Shown: one piece after another, positions 11,900 to 21,573 of the stretch
How the letters are laid out: each line of letters begins with the position of its first letter
How positions within the stretch are numbered: the first letter of the stretch is position 1
Origin: an uncultured Spirochaetota bacterium
Lineage (GTDB): Bacteria; Spirochaetota; Spirochaetia; SZUA-6; Fen-1364
Length of the DNA: 64,000 bases
Assembly (NCBI GenBank): GCA_963734545.1
Contig: CAVTHO010000009.1
Span: 256,001-320,000, forward strand
Reading direction: 5' to 3'
Made by a program: the position numbers and the translations under genes
Notes under the pieces: model-generated
What the model saw: the letters and a program-made list of their open reading frames with translations, nothing else
Database searches by the model: none
What the model was told of the DNA's origin: nothing

Positions 11900-12205
11900 C
11901 TATTTGGCGGACGATTGCCGCCCCAGGGGCAGGGCCGCGTCCACTGACTCGTGCGGCCGCGGGATCACGTGGGTCGTCACGATCTCCCCCACCTTCTCCG
12001 CCGCGCGCGCCCCCGCGTCCACCGCTGCCCGGCAGGCCGCTACGTCACCGCGCACGATGGCTGTCACGTACCCGCCCCCGATCTTCTCGTATCCCACCAG
12101 GTCGACCTTCGCAGACTTCACCATCGCGTCCGCCGCTTCCACCATCGCCGCGAATCCGCGCGTCTCGATCATGCCCAGCGCTTCAAAACTCACGTTGTCC
12201 GCCAT
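11900..12205 (-). CDS. bacterial microcompartment hexamer shell protein (BMC-H, EutM/PduA-like)
   Basis: [28 protein letters not shown] pore motif, VRGDVAA, HVIPRPH. Confidence 0.95.
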   Translation of the reverse strand: MADNVSFEALGMIETRGFAAMVEAADAMVKSAKVDLVGYEKIGGGYVTAIVRGDVAACRAAVDAGARAAEKVGEIVTTHVIPRPHESVDAALPLGRQSSAK

Positions 12206-12281
12206 ATATCCCTTCCTTGCTCTCTCAACGGCTCTCGCCGTCTGCTTCGCAGCCGCCCTCCCGGCGCGCAGCGCGCGCGAT

Positions 12282-13325
12282 TCATTTCCCGGGCTTCACG
12301 ACGGCCTTGAACACCGATTGATGCTTGAGGTCTTCGAATGCCTGGTCGATCTGCTCGAGAGGGTACTGGCGCGTGATGTAGGGCCGGGGATCGAGATCTC
12401 CCGAGGCGATCCAGCCCATTGTCTTTCGATTCTGCGCCGGCGTCGACGCGTGCACCCCGTGCACGGAGAGCTCCTTGTAATGGATGAGGTTGCTGTCCAG
12501 AAATCCCGTGGTCTCTTTTGCCAGCCCGCCGAACAGGCTGATCCTCCCGCGCTTAGCCGCAAGGGCAACAGCGTCGGACTGCGCCTGGCCCACGGGGCAG
12601 GCGGTGATCAGAACATCCACGCCCCTCCCATCCGTCAGCCGCTTGATTTCCGCGTGGAGATCGACTCTGCCCGATGCTATGGGAACGGCGAAAGGCACCA
12701 GGCGCATGGCCTCGCGCAGTCGGCTCTCATTCGGCTCGATAATGACGATCGGCTCCGCGCCCTGCATCCGGGCGAGCTCCGCGTGCATGCACCCGATGAA
12801 GCCCGATCCGAAGATCGCGACAGATTCCCCCTTCTGGATCCGCAGAAACTCCTGACCGTTGGCGACACAGGCAATCGGCTCGGCGAGCGCCGCCACCTCG
12901 TCGGGAACCCCGGCGGGAGTCGCATACACGTTTCCCCGGTCAAAGGCAATCGCCGGGACCTCCATGTATTCGGCGAATCCCCCGTCGAACTGGAATCCGA
13001 TGGTCTGGAGGCTCTCACACAGGTTCGTGTAGCCGCGGCGGCACGCGTAGCAGGTGCCGCACCCGATGGCCGGCGCCATCGAGATCCTTTCACCGAGCGA
13101 AAATCCCTTCCGGTCAGGACCGATCTCGACGATCTCTCCGCACAGCTCATGTCCCGTCACGCGCGGGGGGGAGATCCTCTCATTGCCGAACTGCCAGGTC
13201 CGGAGGTCCGTTCCGCAGACGGAACAGGCAAGGACGCGGATCACCGCGCTGTCCGCCCGCGCGTGAGGCTGTGGATAGTCGCCCATCCGCATCGCCCCGG
13301 CCTTCTCGTACACGTATGCTCTCAT
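12282..13325 (-). CDS. zinc-dependent (sorbitol/iditol-type) alcohol dehydrogenase
   Basis: [37 protein letters not shown]. Confidence 0.9.
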   Translation of the reverse strand: MRAYVYEKAGAMRMGDYPQPHARADSAVIRVLACSVCGTDLRTWQFGNERISPPRVTGHELCGEIVEIGPDRKGFSLGERISMAPAIGCGTCYACRRGYTNLCESLQTIGFQFDGGFAEYMEVPAIAFDRGNVYATPAGVPDEVAALAEPIACVANGQEFLRIQKGESVAIFGSGFIGCMHAELARMQGAEPIVIIEPNESRLREAMRLVPFAVPIASGRVDLHAEIKRLTDGRGVDVLITACPVGQAQSDAVALAAKRGRISLFGGLAKETTGFLDSNLIHYKELSVHGVHASTPAQNRKTMGWIASGDLDPRPYITRQYPLEQIDQAFEDLKHQSVFKAVVKPGK

Positions 13326-13338
13326 CCTGCGGCCTCTT

Positions 13339-14522
13339 TCAATCTCCCATGAGGGCATCAAGGCGCTGCCCGTCACGGGGAACCCACTGTCTCCAATACC
13401 TCACCGATTCCTCCAGAGCCGGCAGAATGTCCCTCTTCGTGTCGGTGGTGCGCACGAAAATTTCGAACGTCAGGTAGATCTCCTCACAACGCGGCGGAAG
13501 TCCCGGCAGAGGCTCCCCCTCATAGGACCGCGCAATTGCCTGGAGCACTTTCGCGGGATGCACGATACCCCCCAGGTTGTTCTCCGGTGTGAACGGGAGA
13601 TGCGGTGACGACAGTCCGTCCGTCTGCTGCAGATGGACGATCGGGGAGTAGCATCCGATCCTCTCGAGCCAGCCATAGAGATCGCAGTCGGCCGGAGAGG
13701 CGAACAGGTGGGGGTACCGATTCATCTCCGTTTCGATGCGCGCAACGGCTTCCGTTCCTGCTCCCCCGCCGCGGCGCCTGTCATCCCTGAAGATCTTGAA
13801 AGCGGACTCGGGACCGAGCCAGGGCTCGGGTAATCCTCCCCACAGCGCTTTCCGAATCGTCGCCGCGTCAGGCCGGAGGAACAGCCGCTGTCCGGTCTGG
13901 TGCCCGGTGTCCATGGCCACGTACGCACGGGCCCGCCCCGCCGCGTCACCTCCCGCATGTAGCGCTCCGTGCCGGCAATCGTCCACGGCGGCTGGTGCGG
14001 CGTGTACATCTGTTCGAGGACGATCGGAATCGGTCCCTGCTCGTGCGCGAACCGGGCCACCTCGGCGAGCTCGTCGTAGAGGATCTCCTCCGCGGCGGCA
14101 TAGGCGGCGGGATCCTGCAGGGCGCTCTCCGAAATGGCATGGATGAAGAAGCCGGCGCCCGCTTTGACCGTCGAAGCGATCCTGATCATCACCTTCAGCC
14201 AGTCATTGACGATCCGCGCGCGCACACGGGGATCCGGGTGGGCGAGACCGAGTGTGCGGTACGTGGTGTACCCGGTATAGAAGTTCGCCACCCGCAGGCC
14301 CTCCGCCTCCACGGCTTTGCGCACGTCCGTGATCCATTCCGAGAGGTATTCGAAGCCGCAATAGAAGGGGTCCGCCTCGGTGTCCGCGCTCGCCTCCACG
14401 AAGGACACACCCAGCTCGCGGATGATCTTCGCCCACTCGGAGGGTCGGGTCCATCGTTTCGTCGCGAAGGAGTTGTCCATCGCCAGGTAGATCCGGGGAT
14501 ACTTCGTCACGCTCTGCTCCAT
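13339..14522 (-). CDS. TIM-barrel sugar-phosphate epimerase/isomerase, EryC (erythrulose-1-P 3-epimerase)-like; frameshift near 13930
   Basis: LAHPDPRVR, LEQM, DTGH, DLYGWL...SPIVHLQQT...HLPFT..NN.GGIVHP, EESVRYW resemble the EryC layout as I recall it. Confidence 0.65.
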
Positions 14523-14534
14523 TTCTTTCCCGGG

Positions 14535-16031
14535 CTATCGGCCCACGACGTCCAGATATTTTCCGAAAGCCTCGTCCCACGGCGCCTTTGCGTGCGGCTC
14601 ATAGAAGACGACTTCGGATGACCGCAGGGAAATCTCCCGCCCCTGCGCCAGCGTCGTGATCTCGCCGTCGTGCTTCAGCTGCATGAGCAGGTTTCCCATC
14701 GAAGTGGTCTCCGGGGGCCCCGCCATCACCGGGATGCCGGTGGCATCGGCCGTCCACTGGCACAACATGCGGTTCTGGATCCCTCCTCCCACGAGGTGGA
14801 GCAGGTTCAGCCTTTTCCCGGTGAGCCGCTCCAGGGTTTCCATGTTCTGGCGGTATTTCAGCACCAGGCTCTCGTACACCGAACGGGCCACGGCCCCTCT
14901 CGATCCCGCGAGCCTCTGGCCCTTCTTTTCGCAATAGCCGATGATGACCCCCGGCATGTCCGCCTGGGGGAGCGCGAACGCCGGATCGTCCACGTCGATG
15001 AAGGCTGTCGCGGATCCCGCCTTCTCCGATTCCCCGACGATCTGGTCCCAGGCGATCTCGGCGCCGTCCGCGGTCCAGCTCTGGCGGCACTGCTGGATGA
15101 TCCACAGGCCGGTAATGTAGTTCACGAGCATGTTGCGGCCGTCCGCGATCGCGTTGTTTCCGTAGCCGGACTCGAACGCCGCGTCCGTCACGATGGGCCG
15201 GGGCGTCTCGATGCCGGCGATCGACCAGGTCCCCATGGAGATGAACGCCCAATGCAGGGAGGGATCGGCCACCGGGATACCCGTGACCGCGGAGGCGGTG
15301 TCATGCGTCGCGGGCGCGACGACGGGAACCGGTGAAACCGCCAGCTCCTCGCACACCTGGGGCTGCAGGGGCCCGACGAGGTCCCCGGGCATGACGATTT
15401 CTCCCAGCATCGAATCGGAAATGCCCAGACGTGCCAGGATGCGTTTCTCCCAGGTCCGCGCGTCCTGGTTGCAGAGCAGCGACATTGTTGCGTTGGTGTA
15501 CTCGTTGACCGCCCGGCCCGTGAGCAGGTAGTTGAGCAGGTCCGGGATCATCAGCAGCCGATGGCCGCTGGCGAGCTCGGTAGCGTGGTCGCAGCGGAAT
15601 GAGTAGAGCTGGTAGAGCCCCATGATGCCCATGGTGGAACCGGCACAGAGCTGGAACAGCTCGCGGCGGGGGAGCTCCTTGTACAGCAGGGGGATGCGCT
15701 CGTGACGCAGCGCTTCCCGGTAGGTCACCGGGTTGGCCAGGAGCCTGCCATTACGGTCGATGAAGCCGAAGTCGCAGCCCCACGTGTCGATGCCGAGGGA
15801 GATCACATCCGGGTATTTCCGCAGGGAGACCTGGAGGCCGATCTTGAGCTCCGAAAAGAGACGGAGGATGTCCCAGTAGAGCGTGCCGGCCGCGATGACG
15901 GCCCGATTGTCGAAGCGGTAGGTGACATCCATGGTGACGCGCGCGCCGTCGAAACCGGCGACAATGGCCCGTCCATTGCTCGCTCCGAAGTCGAAAATCA
16001 GGTAGTGCTTCACCGCCACGGCCGCCTCCAA
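14535..16031 (-). CDS. rhamnulokinase/fuculokinase-like FGGY carbohydrate kinase
   Basis: DFGASNGRA, GIDTWGCDF, LMIPDLLNYLLTG, HDTASAV, SMGTWS, VGGGIQN. Confidence 0.9.
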   Translation of the reverse strand: MEAAVAVKHYLIFDFGASNGRAIVAGFDGARVTMDVTYRFDNRAVIAAGTLYWDILRLFSELKIGLQVSLRKYPDVISLGIDTWGCDFGFIDRNGRLLANPVTYREALRHERIPLLYKELPRRELFQLCAGSTMGIMGLYQLYSFRCDHATELASGHRLLMIPDLLNYLLTGRAVNEYTNATMSLLCNQDARTWEKRILARLGISDSMLGEIVMPGDLVGPLQPQVCEELAVSPVPVVAPATHDTASAVTGIPVADPSLHWAFISMGTWSIAGIETPRPIVTDAAFESGYGNNAIADGRNMLVNYITGLWIIQQCRQSWTADGAEIAWDQIVGESEKAGSATAFIDVDDPAFALPQADMPGVIIGYCEKKGQRLAGSRGAVARSVYESLVLKYRQNMETLERLTGKRLNLLHLVGGGIQNRMLCQWTADATGIPVMAGPPETTSMGNLLMQLKHDGEITTLAQGREISLRSSEVVFYEPHAKAPWDEAFGKYLDVVGR

Positions 16032-16043
16032 TCAGATATTCTC

Positions 16044-16103
16044 ATTTGCTCGGTGACTGAATAATTGCTCACTCACCATAATATACACCTCCCGTGCTGT
16101 CAA
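16044..16103 (-). promoter_or_regulatory. sigma70 promoter with tandem operator (kinase operon)
   Basis: Minus-strand TTGACA(16103-16098)-N17-TATGGT; downstream boxes ATTTGCTC(16044) and AATTGCTC(16063), 19 bp apart. Confidence 0.65.
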
Positions 16104-16123
16104 GAACGGCAGCCGCCTGCTGC

Positions 16124-16399
16124 CTAGAAAGGGGCGCTCGACCGCCGGCGGATGTATATCTCGTCTATCGCCGCCGTCGGGGAGAGAGAGAGGAGGAAGA
16201 GCACGGCATCCGCGATGTCCTCCGGTCTCATGAGCGCGGAGCGATCGATATCCGGGCGCAGGGCCTCCATCAAGCGCGTATCCACTCCCCCCGGGAGCAC
16301 GGCGGACACGCGGATCCCGTGCGGCTGCGCTTCGGCGGTGCCGATCCCCCTGCCCGCCCCTGTCACGAGCGCAACCTGTCCGGAAAGATCCGTCTTCAC
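16124..16399 (-). pseudogene. SDR oxidoreductase relic with in-frame internal deletion
   Basis: N-terminal VALVTGAGRGIG is joined directly to C-terminal AEAQPHGIRVSAVLPGGVDT...MRPEDIADAVLFL; NNAG and YxxxK are missing; only 91 aa. Confidence 0.8.
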
Positions 16400-17388
16400 G
16401 GGGTCTTCCCGCGGAGCAGCTCCCGCGCGGTGCTTTCGTCCGTGATCAGCACGTTGATGTACTTCTTCAGCAGGGCCGCGCGAATGGCGTGCACCTTCGA
16501 CGGTCCTCCGGCCACGCCGATGATCAGCTTTTTCGGATCTCCCATGACGTCCATGGGGATGCCGATCACCCGGTCGTGGACCTCATCGTCGATGAAGTCA
16601 CCGTTGGCGTCGAAATAGCGGCACAGGATATCCCCCACCGCGCCCTTGCCGATCAGGCGTTGAAGGTCCCCCGGGCTGAGATATCCCATTTTGAAGAGGC
16701 TCGCCGACTTGGACGCCTCTCCAATTGAGATGAGCAGCACGTCGGCGCGGCAGGCAATGTCCAGGACCTCTTTGATCCAGGGCTCGGACTTGAAGACCTC
16801 GGCCCGCTCCTTGGTCTGCGCGATGGCCGGCGCCCATATATTATAGAAGGAGGCATCGAGCTTTCGCGCGATCTTCTCCGCCATGATGTACGGGTTCATC
16901 GTCACGTTGATCATGAGGTTCCCGATGAGGCTGACAATCTCGATCTTGCCGGTGACGAGCTGGGGCTCGAAAAAATCCGCCAGGGACGCGGTCGTGTTCC
17001 CCCAGCCGATGCCGAGAACGCATTTCTTCAGCGCGCCGATCTTGCGCTCGAGGTACGCGGCCCCCGCCATGGCAGCGCCCCGCAGCCGGCGGGAGGGGTC
17101 TTCAGAGGCCAGGGGGGCCACCACGGCGTCCTTCAATCCGAACTTCTGCCGGATTTCAGACTCAATGCTCATCAGGTTCTCGTAGGGATGTTTCAACGTG
17201 AACTGGATGATATCGAGGTCACGGGCCTTCTCGAGGAGCCGCTGTACTTTCTGGCGTGAGAGGGAGACCCGCTCCGCAATCTCCTGCTGGGTCATCTTTT
17301 CCTTGTAGTACAGCCACGCGATCCGCGTGATAATGTCTTCCTCGGATTCCTTGCGCGTGGCCTCCTCTTTTCCCCGGCGGTTTTTCAT
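16396..17388 (-). CDS. SorC/DeoR(Bacillus)-family sugar-binding transcriptional regulator
   Basis: IAWLYY....TQQEIA...SLSRQKV.RLL, GIGWGNT, GAVGDI, IGVAGG..K..AI.AAL, LITDE. Confidence 0.92.
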   Translation of the reverse strand: MKNRRGKEEATRKESEEDIITRIAWLYYKEKMTQQEIAERVSLSRQKVQRLLEKARDLDIIQFTLKHPYENLMSIESEIRQKFGLKDAVVAPLASEDPSRRLRGAAMAGAAYLERKIGALKKCVLGIGWGNTTASLADFFEPQLVTGKIEIVSLIGNLMINVTMNPYIMAEKIARKLDASFYNIWAPAIAQTKERAEVFKSEPWIKEVLDIACRADVLLISIGEASKSASLFKMGYLSPGDLQRLIGKGAVGDILCRYFDANGDFIDDEVHDRVIGIPMDVMGDPKKLIIGVAGGPSKVHAIRAALLKKYINVLITDESTARELLRGKTP

Positions 17389-17834
17389 GTGGTGTGCTGA
17401 AGCGCGGACTTCACTATACCTTTCTTCAATATGATGTTCGCGTATATCGCGCTCTCGCTCGTGGCGAGAATGGCGTACGCCTTCTGCGCCCTTTCGTAGA
17501 ACGCGAACCGCTCGACCAGCTCGAAATCTGTGAACGCCGGGTCGTGGCGGCGGATGATCTCGCGGTACTCGTCCCAGATCGCGGTCTTCGCGGTATCTCC
17601 GGGCACGACCGCCATGAGCGCCACGGGATGCGGCACATAGGCGTCGAGCGGGAAGAATCGCATGATCGCGTCCAGCAGGGGCGGCACTCCGTGACCGTCG
17701 GCACGCAGGAGGCGGCGGGCCATGCTCGAGGCGGGAAAATTGCCGTCCGCGATGACGAGCTCGTCGCCGTGTCCCATTGAGAGGAGGACGCTCATGAGAT
17801 CCGGGGAGATGATTGTCGGAATACCTTTCAACAT
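17385..17834 (-). CDS. fucU: RbsD/FucU family sugar mutarotase
   Basis: MLKGIP.IISPDL...L..MGHGDELVIADGNFP, ERFAFYERA, YANIILKKG. Confidence 0.9.
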   Translation of the reverse strand: MLKGIPTIISPDLMSVLLSMGHGDELVIADGNFPASSMARRLLRADGHGVPPLLDAIMRFFPLDAYVPHPVALMAVVPGDTAKTAIWDEYREIIRRHDPAFTDFELVERFAFYERAQKAYAILATSESAIYANIILKKGIVKSALQHTT

Positions 17835-17883
17835 GATGTGCTCCTTTGAAATCTGGCGGCCCTCGCGGGCCGCGCCCTCAATG

Positions 17884-18222
17884 CTACTTGGTCAGATGCA
17901 CGAACTCGATGCCGGCCGCCTCGCAGAACACCTTCAGCTCCTTGATCCAGTTCCCATAGGTGCCGTGGATATGGTTGCAGCTCATGGCCTGGATGAATGT
18001 CTCCATGTCGCAGTCATTCGGGCGAATGCATGCGGCCAGTTGTCCTGCTCGATGGCCGCCAGCTTCTCGTCCTCTTCCGCGCCGAATGAGACGAACTCAC
18101 CATGCACCGCCACCATCTTGTAGTGGGTCGTGCCGCCGCTGCGCGTCAGGCGCGCCAGCGTGACCTCTCCGGGCCTGGCGATATGATAGACCGAAGGGCC
18201 GCCTGCTGGAAAGGAGAAGCCC
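17884..18222 (-). pseudogene. C-terminal relic of an L-fucose/D-arabinose isomerase-family gene
   Basis: Hand translation (not in the ORF track): GFSFPAGGPSVYHIARPGEVTLARLTR...NWPHAFAR/CDMETFIQAMSCNHIHGTYGNWIKELKVFCEAAGIEF-stop; the N-terminal majority is absent. Confidence 0.7.
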
Positions 18223-18299
18223 TTCCTCTTCCTTTCTGGTCCCCCGGGTCAACGACCCGGTCTATAGGCAGGAGACACCCCCGCACCAATCCGCCGTTC

Positions 18300-18356
18300 A
18301 TCTGCTCACATATTGAATATTTGCTCGACTCTACCAGCCCGACCGCCCGTTGTCAA
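18300..18356 (-). promoter_or_regulatory. sigma70 promoter with tandem operator (isomerase relic-fucU-regulator operon)
   Basis: Minus-strand TTGACA(18356-18351)-N17-TAGAGT; boxes ATCTGCTC(18300) and ATTTGCTC(18319), 19 bp apart, the same layout as at 16044. Confidence 0.7.
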
Positions 18357-18508
18357 GAAGAATCGCATCGCTGTATCCAGCGGGGTACGGCGAGACGCTG
18401 CGGCCCATTGACAGGAGGCGGAAAATAGTCTTGTGATATGATCTCTTGCATAAACATGCACGCGATGTGGATCGGGGGCGCACTGCCAGGTGCGAAAAGG
18501 AGAGCCAT

Positions 18509-20473
18509 ATGCTGGAACTGAGAAAAGGCGCTGACATCCTGGCCGAAGGAGGAGGCGTCAGGACTCTCGTGGACGCCGAGGCGGTCTTTGCGCGCGCGCT
18601 GGATTCGGCCGGCCGCGAGAAGCTCCAGGCAATCCACACCCCGGACGCCCTTCTGCGCATCGCGAATGCCATTGCCCTGTGCGCCCCCGCGAAGGTCTTC
18701 GTGATAAGCGGCTCACGCGAGGACGCGGCTGAATGCCGCCGCATGAGCCTGGACGGCGGCGAGGAGTGCCCCCTCGCCATGGAAGGACCACACCCTCCAC
18801 TTCGACCTCCCCGAGGACCAGGGGAGAATGGTGGACCAGACCTACTACATCGCCAACGAGGACGAGGAGGTCAGCGTCCTGGCGAAGAAGATGCTCGCGC
18901 GCCGAGGCGCTCGCCTACATCCGCGAGCACCATGGGCGGCATCATGAAGGGCAGGACCATGCTCATCGGGTTCTACAACCGCGGGCCCATCGGCGCCCAG
19001 GCGGCCATCCCCGGGCTCATGATCTCCAGCTCCGCCTACGTCCTGCACAGCGCGAACATCCTCTATCGAAACGTGTTCGACGCAGTTCGACGCGGAGGCG
19101 GCGCGCGCGGGGGTGTTCTTCACGAACGTGCACAGCCAGGGAACCAACAGGTCGGAGGACATTCCCCGGGCGCGCATCTTCATGGACAGGAGCTGGTTCA
19201 CGACCTTCAGCATGTACTGCACCTACGCCGGCAACACCCTGATGCTCAAGAAGGGAAACCACCGGTTCGCGGTGGACCTCTGCACCTACTACCGGCGGGA
19301 GAAAGAGCTTTCCGAGCACATGTTCATCACGGGGCTGACGGGCCCGAACGGGAGGAAGACCTTCTTCGCCGGCGCGGCGCCCTCCGGCTGCGGCAAGACC
19401 ACCACCGCCATGGTCGGCACGGACTACATCGGCGACGACCTTGCGCAGATGTGGATCGCGGCGGACGGCACGCTGCGCGCGGTGAATCCCGAGTGCGGCA
19501 TCTTCGGGATCGTCGAGGACCTCAACAAGGAGGGCGACCCGTACCTCTACAAGTGCCTGCGGGAGCCGGGCACGGAGGTGATCTGGTCCAACGTGCTGGT
19601 GGACGAGCAGAACGTTCCGCACTGGACGGGCAGCGGCGAGACTCCTCCGGCGAAAGGGCGAAACTTCCAGGGCGACTGGTGGCCGGGAAAGACGGACAAG
19701 AACGGGCAAGCCGGTGCCCATCTCCAACGCCAACGCCCGCATCACGCTCTCCAACGAGGCAATCGGCAACTACAACCGCGTGATCGCCTCGGATCCCGCC
19801 GGGGTGCCCATCAGCGTCATCACCTACAGCGGCCGGGACAGCGACACGATGCCTCCGGTGTGGGTGGCGAAGAATCCCGACCACGGCGTGGTCATCGGCG
19901 CGTCGATCCTCTCCGCGGCAACGGCAACGGAGGTCGGCGCCAAGGGGGTCAACCGGCAGCCGTGGGCCAATTCCCCGTTCATCCCCTGCCCTCTCGGGGA
20001 CTACATGGAGGCGCAGTTCCTCTTCTTCAACTCGAAGAAGTTCTCCGTCGAAGGGACGACCCCTCATCGCGGGGCTCAACTATTTCCTGCTCGACTGCGC
20101 GCGCGGCGGTGACCTGAACAAGCTCCTGGGCGAAAAGCGCGACGTGAGGGCGTGGCTGTCGTGGCTGGACAGGTACGCGCACGGAGAGGTGAAGGGAATC
20201 GAGACACCCATCGGCTTCATACCGCGCTACGAGGATCTGGAAACAGCTCTTCCGGGAGCAGATCGGCGAAGGAGTACCCGAAGACGCTCTACGAGAAGCA
20301 ATTCTCCTTCTACGTCGACAACATCCTCGCCCGCATCCAGCTCCAGGAGGATGCCTACCGCAAGGAAAAGAAGATGCCCGCGCAGGATCTTCGAGGTCTA
20401 CGAGGAGCAGAAGAAGGGACTATTGGCGCTGAAGGAGAAGTTCGGCCCCGTCGTGAAGCCGGACCAGCTGTAG
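18509..20473 (+). CDS. pckG: phosphoenolpyruvate carboxykinase (GTP), multiply frameshifted
   Basis: YAGNTLMLKKG.HR, EHMFI, FFAGAAPSGCGKTTTAM, IGDDLA, NPECGIFG, GRDSDT, TPIGFIP across several ORFs. Confidence 0.9.
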
Positions 20474-20631
20474 CCATGGACGGCGAAGTCGGCCGAGGCC
20501 AGGGACTCCCGGCGCGCCTTCCGCTCCTGGCGGAGTTGCGCGCCTGCCGCCCTACGGATGGCCGAAAGGCCGACTGCCAGCGTACCGGCTGCGATTGCCG
20601 GAATCGCCGGTTTCGGATTTAATAGCAACCA

Positions 20632-21573
20632 GTGGAGCAGATCTCGAACGAGATCCGCGTCACCTACTCCGACAAAGAGATCGGCGGGCTGCTCAACGGC
20701 ATCGGCAACGAGCAGCGCCCCTTCAGCCGCCACTTCAGCCAGAGCGAGGACTTCTTCCTGCTCCTGGAGGGCGAGTACACGGTCCCCCACCTGCCGATCC
20801 ATCACGACGTGCGCCTGCACCAGCCGAGCGCCGAATACCTGGCGGCCCTGAAGCAGGTGATGGAGCAGGTGGCGCGGCTTGCGCCGCAGGTTCTGAAGGA
20901 TCTCTCCTACTTCTTCGACCCCGCCGAGATCCTCCGCCCCTGCTTCTACCGCGTCTACCATGTCGAAGAGCAGCTGGTACCTCTACCTTCTTCGCATCGA
21001 CCTCATGATGAGAGCCGCGGAAAGCACCGTGATCGAGCGGGGCACCAACGACCTGACCCCGCTCTACAAGTCCCGCAGGCTCTTCCTGGAGACGACGGTC
21101 CTTCCGCTGTCGGAGGTGGCGCGCCAGGACGGCGCCGCGAAATCGTTTCACATCAGGCAGACCATCTCCCAGACATGGATCGGGGAGCAGGGGCGGGGCT
21201 ACTTTCGAGCAGGGCATCTGGATGGACGCCGACCTCACGAAGTTCTTCAGCAAGCTCTTCCTGCCCGCCGGCAAGAAGACCTACCCGTACTATCCGTACC
21301 TGTGCAAGTACAAGACGGTCTGCCAGTCGCCTGATCGCCCTCGCTCCCGAGGGCCGCGCCTGCCGCGATTCCCGGCCTGCACCGCTCGCTGAAGTTTCTG
21401 CTTCCCGCAATGGACCGCATCCAGGCGGAGATGAAGAACGCGAGCTTTTCCGAGGATATGCCGTTCTTCCAGGAGCTGAAGGGCAAGATCCCTCCCGCAT
21501 GGTACGACCTGTGGAAGGACATCCGCGTGGAAGCCTACCTGAACGACTCGGAGATGAGAGAGTTCCGCATTGA
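20632..21573 (+). CDS. conserved hypothetical protein (frameshifted), coupled to murD
   Basis: Coding-like segments (VPHLPIHHDVR, YFFDPAEIL, YLYLLRIDL, ISQTWIGEQGRG, EDMPFF); the stop overlaps the murD start. Confidence 0.6.
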   Translation: MEQISNEIRVTYSDKEIGGLLNGIGNEQRPFSRHFSQSEDFFLLLEGEYTVPHLPIHHDVRLHQPSAEYLAALKQVMEQVARLAPQVLKDLSYFFDPAEILRPCFYRVYHVEEQLVPLPSSHRPHDESRGKHRDRAGHQRPDPALQVPQALPGDDGPSAVGGGAPGRRREIVSHQADHLPDMDRGAGAGLLSSRASGWTPTSRSSSASSSCPPARRPTRTIRTCASTRRSASRLIALAPEGRACRDSRPAPLAEVSASRNGPHPGGDEERELFRGYAVLPGAEGQDPSRMVRPVEGHPRGSLPERLGDERVPH

